A DNA stretch of 64,000 nt, taken from the NCBI RefSeq assembly GCF_009914755.1, contig NC_060943.1. The stretch is one strand, 5' to 3'. Position numbers and translations under genes: made by a program. The first letter of the stretch is position 1; every line of letters starts with the position of its first letter. This DNA is from the human T2T-CHM13v2.0 reference genome, Homo sapiens. The notes under the pieces are model-generated. The model was not told the origin of the DNA, searched no databases, and saw only the letters and a list, made by a program, of their open reading frames with translations. This document shows positions 56,341-64,000 of this stretch, piece after piece.

Positions 56341-58720
56341 GAAAGAGAATTCTGAGAAACTACTTTGTGATGATTGCATTCAACTCACAGAGTTGAACAT
56401 TCCTATTGATAGAGCAGTTTTCAAACATTCTTTTCATAGAGTCTGCAAGTGGACATTTGGAGGGCTTTCAGGCCTGTGGTGGAAAAGGAATTATCGTCAC
56501 ATAAAAACTAGAGAGAAGCATTGTCAGAAACTTATTTGTGATGATTGCGTTCAACCCACAGTGTTGAAGATTCCTTTTCAAACAGCAGTTTCGACACACT
56601 CTTTCTGTGGAATCTGCAAGTGGATATTTGGACCTCTCTGAGGATTTAGTTGGAAAAGGGATAAACCTCACATAACTAAACAGAAGCATTCTCAGAACCT
56701 ACTTGGTGATGATTCCATTCAACTCACAGAATTGAACATTCCTATTGATAGAGCAGTTTGGAAACTCTCTTTTTGTAGAATCTGCAAGTGGAGATGTGGA
56801 GCACTTTGAGGCCTGTGGTAGTAAAGGAAATAGCTTCATATAAAAACTAGACAGAAGCATTCTCAGAAAATTCTTTTTGACGATTGAGTTTAACTCACAG
56901 AGCTGAACATTCCTTTGGATGGAGCTGTTTTGAAACACACCTTTTGTAGAATCTGCAAGTGGATATTTGGACCTCTCTGAGGATTTCGTTGGAAACGGGA
57001 TAACTTCACCTAACTAAACAGAAGCAGTCTCAGAAACTTCTTTGTGATGTTTGCATTCAAATCCCAGACTTGAACCTTCCTTTGATAGTTCAGGTTTGAA
57101 ACCCTCTTTTTGTAGGATCTGCCAGTGGATATTTGGACCACTTTGTGGCCTTCATTCGAAACGGGTATACCTTCACATAAAATCTAGACAGAAGCCTTCT
57201 CAGAAACTTCTCTGTGATGATTGCATTCAAGTCACGGAGTTGAACACTCCTTTTGATAGAGCATTTTTGAAACTCTCTTTTTGTAGAATCTGCAAGTGGA
57301 TATGTTGACCTCTTTGAAGATTTCTTTGGAAACGGGAATATCTTCACATAAAAACTAAACAGAAGCATTCTCAGAAACTCCTTTGTGATGTTTGTTTTCA
57401 ACTCACAGAGTTTAACATTGCTTTCCATAGAGCAGTTTTGAAACATTCTTTTCTTAGTGTCGGCAAGTGGACATTTGGAGCGCTTTCAGGCCTGTGGTGG
57501 AAAACGAATTATCGTCACATAAAAACTAGAGAGAAGCATTGTCAGAAACTTCTTTGTGATGATTGCATTCAACTCACCGAGTTGAAGATTCCTTTTCAAG
57601 CAGCAGTTTCGAAACACTCTTTCTGTGGAATCTGCAAGTGGATATTTGGACCTCTTTGAAGATTTCATTGGAAACGGGATAATCTTCACATAAAAGCTAA
57701 ATGGAAGCATTCTCAGAAACTTCTTTGTGATGTTTGCATTCAACTCACAGAGTTGAACTTTCCTTTTGAGAGAGAAGCTTTGAAACACTCTTTTTCTAGA
57801 ATCTGCAAGTGGACATTTGGAGGGCTTTGAGGCCTGTGTTGGAAAAGGGAATATCTTCCCGTAAAAACTAGATAGAAGCATTCTCAGAAAATACTTTGGG
57901 ATGATTGCATTCAAGTCACAGAGTTGAACATTCCCTTTGATAGAGCAGTTTGGAAACACTCTTTTTGTAGAATCTGCAAGTGGAGATTTGGATCGCTTTG
58001 AGACCTATGGTAGTAAAGGAAATAACTTCATCTAAAAACTAGACAGTAGCATTCTCAGAAAACTGTTTGTGACGATTGAGTTTAGCTCACAGAGCTGCAC
58101 ATTCCTTTTGACGGAGCAGTTTCAAATCACACTTTTTGTAGAATCTGCAAGTGGATATTTGGACCTCTCTGAGGATTTCCTTGGAAACGGGATAAACCTC
58201 ACATAACTAAACAGAAGCATTCTCAGAACCTTCTTCGTGATGTTTGCATTCAACTCACAGTGTTGAACCTTTCTTTGATAGTTCAGGTTTGAAACACTCT
58301 TTTTGCAGAGTCTGCAAGTGGATATTTGGACCTCTTTGAGGCCTACCATAGTAAAGGAAATAACTTCATATAAAAACAAGACAGAAGCATTCTCAGAAAA
58401 TTCTCTGTGATGATTGAGTTTAACTCACAGAGCTGAACATTCCTTTGGATGGAGGAGTTTCGAAACTCACTTTTTGTAGAATCTGCAAGTGGATATTTGG
58501 ACCTCTCTGAGGATTCCATTGAAAACGGGATAATTTCAGCTAACTAAACAGAAGCAGTCTCAGAAACTTCTTTGTCATGTTTGCCTTCAAATCCCAGAGT
58601 TGAACCTTCCTTTGATAGTTCAGGTTTGAAACACTCTTTTTGTAGGATCTGCAAGTGAATATTTGGAACACTCTGTGGCCTTCGTTCTAAACGGGTATAT
58701 CTTCACATAAAATCTAGACA
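56341..58720 (+). repeat. Island of ~14 SF3 (W1-W5 pentamer type) alpha-satellite monomers
   Basis: Words I recognise from DXZ1/D17Z1/D11Z1-type satellites occur only here: gatagttcaggtttgaaac, ggacctctctgaggatttcg, ggtagtaaaggaaa, gacgattgagtttaactc, ataactaaacagaag, ggaaaacgaattatcgtcac. Confidence 0.82.
56984..57000 (+). promoter_or_regulatory. Canonical CENP-B box (in the SF3-type island)
   Basis: tttcgttggaaacggga. Confidence 0.88.
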
Positions 58721-59021
58721 GAAGCATTCTCAGAAACTTCTTTGTGATGCCTGCATTCAACTCACAGAGTTGAACATTGCTTTTCATAGAGCAGTTTTGA
58801 AACAATCTTTTTGTAGAATCTGTAAGTGGAAACTTGGAGCACTTTGAGGCCTATGGTGAAAAAGGGAATACCTTCCGATAAAAACTAGACTGAAGAATTC
58901 TCAGAAACTTCTTTGTGAGGTGTGTACTCAGCTCACAGAGTCGAACTCTTCTTTTCACAGAGCAGTTTTGAAACACTCTTTTTGTAGACTCTGCAAGTGG
59001 ATATTTTGATAGCTGTGAGGC

Positions 59022-59038
59022 TTTCGTTGGAAACGGGA
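59022..59038 (+). promoter_or_regulatory. Canonical CENP-B box
   Basis: tttcgttggaaacggga. Confidence 0.88.
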
Positions 59039-61068
59039 ATATCTTCACATTAAAACTTGACAGAAGCAATCTCAGAAACTTCTTAGTGGTGTTTGCAATC
59101 AACTCACAGGATTGAACATTCCCTTTCATAGAGCAGTTTTGAAACACTCTTTTTGTTGTATCTGGACTTGGACATTTGGAGAGATTTGATGCCTGCGGTG
59201 AAAAAAGAATTATCTTCACATAAAAACCAGACAGAAGCATTCTCAGAAACTTCTCTTTGATGGTTGTACTCAGCTGACAGGGTTGATCCTTTCTTTTGAT
59301 AGAGCTCTTTTGAAACACGCTTTCTGAAGAATCTGCTAGTGGATATTTGGATAGCTTTGAGCCTTTCATTGAAACGGGTATATCTTCTCATAAAAGCTAG
59401 AGGGAAGCATTCTCAGAAACTACTTTGTGATGTTTGCATTCAACTCACAGAGGTGAAAATTCCCTTTCAAAGAGCAGTTTTGAAACATTGTTTTTGTAGC
59501 ATCTGGAAGTAGACATTTGGGGCACTTTGAGGCCTATGGTGAAAAAGGAAATATATTCACATAGAAACTAGAAAGAAAAATTCTCAGAAACTACTTTGTG
59601 ATGTGTGTACTCAACTCACAGAGTTGAACCTTACCTTTGTTACAGCACTTTTGAAACACTCTTTTTAGAGAATCTGCAAGTGGATATTTGGATAGCTTTG
59701 AGGCTTTCATTGGAAACGGGAATATCTTCACCTAAAAACTTAACAGAAGCATTCTCAGAAACTTCTTTGTGATGTTTGCACTCAACTCACAGAGTTGAAC
59801 ATTCCTTCTCATAGAGCAGTTTTGAAACACTCTTTTTGTGAAATCTGCAAGTGGACATTTGTAGCGATTTGAGACGTATGGTGAAAAAGGAAATATCTTC
59901 ACATAAAAAGTGGACAGAAGCATTCTCAGAAACTTCTTTGTGATGTGAGTACTCAACTCACAGAGTTAAACTTTTCCTTTGATACAGCACTTTTGAAACA
60001 CTCTTTTTGGAGAATCTGCAAGTGGATATTTGGATAGCTTTGAGACATTCGTTGGAAACCAGAATATCTTCACCTAAAAACTAGACAGAAGCATTCCCAG
60101 AAACGTCTTTGTGATGTTTGCACTAAACTCACAGAGTTGAACATTCCTTTTCATAGAGCAGTATTGAAACACTCATTTTGTAGAATCTGTAAGTGGAAAC
60201 TTGTAGTGCTTTGAAGCCTATGATGAAAAAGGAAATATCTTCCTATAAAAACTAGACAGAATTCTCAGAAACTTCTTTGTGATGTGTGTACTGAACTCAT
60301 AGAGTTGAACTCTTCTTTTCATAGAGCAGTTTTGAAAGATTCTTTTTGTAGACTCTGCAAGTGGATATTTGGATAGCTGTGAGGCTTTTGTTGGAAACGG
60401 GAATATCTTCACATAAAACTAGACAGAAGAAATCTCAGAAACTTCTTTGTGATGTTTGCATTCAACTCACAGAATTGAACATTCCCTTTCATAGAGCAGT
60501 TTTGAAACACTATTTTTCTTGTATCTGGAAGTGGACATTTGGAAAGCTTTGATGCCTGCATTGAAAAAGGAAGTATCTTCACATAAAAAGCAGACAAAGG
60601 CATTCTCAGAAAGTTCCCTTTGGTGGGTTTACTCAAGTCACAGGGTTGAACCTTTCTTTTGATAGAGCAGTTTTGAAACACTCTTTTTGTAGAATCTGCA
60701 AGTGGATATTTGGATAGCTTTGAGGCTTTCATTTGAAACGGGAATATCTTCTCATGAAAACTAGAGGGAGACATTCTCAGAAACTACTTTGTGATGCTTG
60801 CATTCAACTCACAGAGTTGAACATTCCCTTTCAAAGAGCAGTTTTGAAACACTGTTTTTGTAGCATCTGGAAGTGGACATTTGGGGCACTTTGAGGCCTA
60901 TGGTTAAAAAGGAAATATATTCACATAAAAACTAGAAAGAATCATTCTCAGAAACTACTCTGTGATGTGTGTACTCAACACACAGAGTTGAACTTTTCCT
61001 TTGATACAGCACTTTTGAAACACTCTTTTTGGAGAATCTGCAAGTGGATATTTGGATAGCTTTGAGGC

Positions 61069-61085
61069 TTTCGTTGGAAACGGGA
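61069..61085 (+). promoter_or_regulatory. Canonical CENP-B box
   Basis: tttcgttggaaacggga. Confidence 0.88.
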
Positions 61086-62946
61086 ATATCTTCACCTAAA
61101 AACTAGACAGAAGCATTCTCAGAAACTTCTTTGTGATGTTTGCACTCGACTCACAGAGTTGAACATTCCTTTTCATAGAGCAGTTTTGAAACACTCTTTT
61201 TCTGAAATCTGCAAGTGGACATGTGTAGCGATTTGAGACGTATGGTGAAAAAGGAAATATCTTCACATAAAAAGTGGACAGAAGCATTCTCAGAAACTTC
61301 TTTGCGATGTGTGTACTCAACTCACAGAGTTGAACGTTTCTTTTCATAGAGCAGTTTTGAAACACTCTTTTTGTAGAATCTGTAAGTGGAAACTTGGAGC
61401 GCTTTGAGGCCTACGGTGAAAAAGGAAATATGTTCCCATAAAAACTAGACAGAAGAATTCTCAGAAAGTTCTTTGTGATGTGTGTACTCAACTCAAAGTG
61501 TTGAACTCTTCTTTTCACAGAGCAGTTTTGAAACACTCTGTTTGTAGTCTCTGCAAGTGGATATTTGGATAGCTGTGAGGCTTTCTTTGGAAACGGGAAT
61601 ATCTTCACATTAAAACTAGAGAGAAGCAATCTCAGAATCTTCTTTGGAAGTTTGCATTCAACTCACAGAATTGAACATTCCCTTTCATAGAGCAGTATTG
61701 AAACACTCTTTTTGTTGTATCTGGAAGTGGACATTTGGATCGCTTTGAATCCTATGGTGAAAAAGGATATATCTTCACATAAAAACTAGACAGAAGCATT
61801 CTCAGAAACTTCTTTGTGATGGGTGTACTCAACTCACATAGTTGAACCTTTCTTTTGATACAGCAGTTTTGAAACACTCTTTTTGTAGCATCTGCAAGTG
61901 GATATTTGGATAGCTTTGAGGCTTTCTTTGGAAACGGGAATATCTTCACATAAAAACTACACAGAAGCATTCTCAGAAACTAGTTTGTGATACTTGCATT
62001 CAACTCACTGAGTTGAACACTCCTTTTCTTAGAGCAGTTTAGAAACACTCTTTTTGTAGAATCTGTAAGTGGAAAATTGGAGTGCTTAGAGGCCTATTGT
62101 GAAAAAGTCAGTCTCTTCCCATAAAAACTAGACAGAAGAATTCTCGGAAACTTCTTTGTGATGTGTGTACTCAACTCACAGAGTTGAAGTTTTCTTTTGA
62201 TAGAGCAGTTTTGAAACACTCTTTTTGTAGGGTCTGCAAGTGGATATTTGGATAGCTGGGAGGATTTCATTGGGAACAGGAATATCTTCGAATAAAAACT
62301 AGACGGAAACATTCTCAGAAACTCCTTTGTGATGTTTGCATTCAACTCACAGAGTTGAACATTCCTTTTCATAGAGCAGTTTTGAAACACTCTTTTGTAG
62401 TATCTAGAAGTGGACGTTTGGAGCACTTTGAGGCCTATGGTGAAATAGGAAATATCTTCACATAAAAACTAGACAGAAGCATTCTCAGAAACTATTTTGT
62501 GATGTGTGTACTCAACTCACAGAGTTGAACGTTTCTTTTGATACGGCAGTTTTGAAACACTCTTTTTTTAGAATCTGCAAGTGGATATTTGAAAGCTTTG
62601 AGGTTTTCATTGGAAACGGGAATATCTTCACATAAAAAATAGACAGAAGCATTCTCGGAAACTTCCTTGTGATGCTTCCATTCAACTCACAGAGTTGAAC
62701 ATTTCCTTTCATAGAGCAGTTTTGAAACTCTCTTTTTGTAGAATCTGCAAGTGGATATTTTGTGCGATTTGATACGTATGGTAAAAAAGGAAATATCTTC
62801 ACATAAAAGGTAGACAGAAGCATTCTCAGAAACTAGTTTGTGATGTGTGTTCTCAACTCACAGAGGTAAACTTTTCCTTTGATACAGCAATTTGGAAACA
62901 CTCTTCCTGTCTAATTTACAAGTGGATATTAGGACATCATTGAGGA

Positions 62947-62963
62947 TTTCGTTGGAAACGGGA
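62947..62963 (+). promoter_or_regulatory. Canonical CENP-B box
   Basis: tttcgttggaaacggga. Confidence 0.88.
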
Positions 62964-63458
62964 TTATCTTCACATAAAAATAGACAGAAGCATTCTCAGG
63001 AACTTCTTTGTGATGTGTGCATTCAAGTCACGGAGTTGAAACTTTCTCTTGATAGAGCAGATTGTAAAAACTCTTTTTGTTGAATTTGCAAGTGGATATT
63101 TGGACAGATTTGAAGCCTTTGCTTTAAACGGGTATATCGTCACATAAAAACTAGACAGAGGCATTCTCTGAAACTTCTTTGTGATGCTTCCATTCAACTC
63201 ACAGAATTGTACATTCCTTTTCATAGAGCAGTTTTGAAACACTCTTTTTGCAGAATCTGTAAGTGGAAACTTGGAGCGCTTTGAGGTCTATAGTGAAAAA
63301 GGAATTATCTTCCCATAAAAACTAGACAGAAGAACTCCCAAAAACTTCTCTGTGATATGTGTACTCAACTCACAGAGTTGAACATTTCTTTTGATAGTGG
63401 AGTTTTGAAGCACTCTTTTTGTAGAGTCTGCAAGTGGATATTTGGATAGCTTTGAGGA

Positions 63459-63475
63459 TTTCGTTGGAAACGGGA
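63459..63475 (+). promoter_or_regulatory. Canonical CENP-B box
   Basis: tttcgttggaaacggga. Confidence 0.88.
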
Positions 63476-64000
63476 ATATCTTCACATAAATACTAGACAG
63501 AAGCATTCTCAGAAACTGCTTTGAGATGTTTGCATTCAACTCACAGAGTTGAACGGTGCCTTTCATGGAGCAGTTTTGAAACACTCTTTTTGTGATATCT
63601 GGAAGTGGACATTTGGAGCACTTTGAGGCCTATGGTGAAAAAGGATATATCTTCACATAAAAACTAGACATAAGAATTCTCTTAAACTTCTTTGTGATGT
63701 GTGTACTCACCTCACAGAACTGAACTTTTGATAGAACAGCTATGAAGCACTCTTTTTGTAGAGTCTGCAAGTGGATATTTTGATAGCTTTGAGGAATTCG
63801 TTTGAAACGGGAATATCTTCAACATAAAAACTAGGCAGAAGCATTTTCAGAAACTTCTCTGTGATGCCTGCATTCATCTCACTCAGTTGAACATTCCTTT
63901 TTATAGAACAGTTTTGAAACACTCTTTTCGTAGAATCTGTAAGTGGAAACTTGGAGTGCTTTGAGGCCTATGGTGAAAAAGGAAATATCTTTCCATAAAA

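Larger units (their letters stand above)
58721..64000 (+). repeat. Second divergent alphoid family, continued to the window end
   Basis: The same monomer types as 43751-56340 resume (gatgcctgcattc, gaagcaatctcag, tagagggaagc, gagacgtatggtg). Confidence 0.9.

Overview
Primate, almost certainly human, pericentromeric DNA. About 58.5 kb of the 64 kb is ~171-bp alpha satellite in a single orientation, and I see no host gene. From left to right: (1) the end of a homogeneous higher-order repeat (HOR) array with a 6,814-bp (40-monomer) unit, including a 25-mer deletion variant and a diverged 21-mer-register edge copy (1 to ~15.3 kb). (2) A divergent alphoid domain of the same lineage that keeps a relic 4-12-monomer periodicity (~15.3-43.75 kb). 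(3) A sharp switch to a different divergent alphoid family with canonical CENP-B boxes and 8-13-mer repeats (43.75-64 kb), containing a ~14-monomer island of SF3/W-type sequence (56.3-58.7 kb). Four 5'-truncated LINE-1 insertions with target-site duplications (TSDs) interrupt the divergent domains: two L1PA2-like and two with L1HS diagnostics. Two of the four are 5'-inverted (twin priming). Apart from L1 ORF2 fragments, the ORF track is translation noise from the satellite. I found no evidence for a new protein-coding system; the interest lies in satellite architecture and in recombination and repair scars. All comparisons were made by eye, and family assignments rest on recalled consensus sequences.
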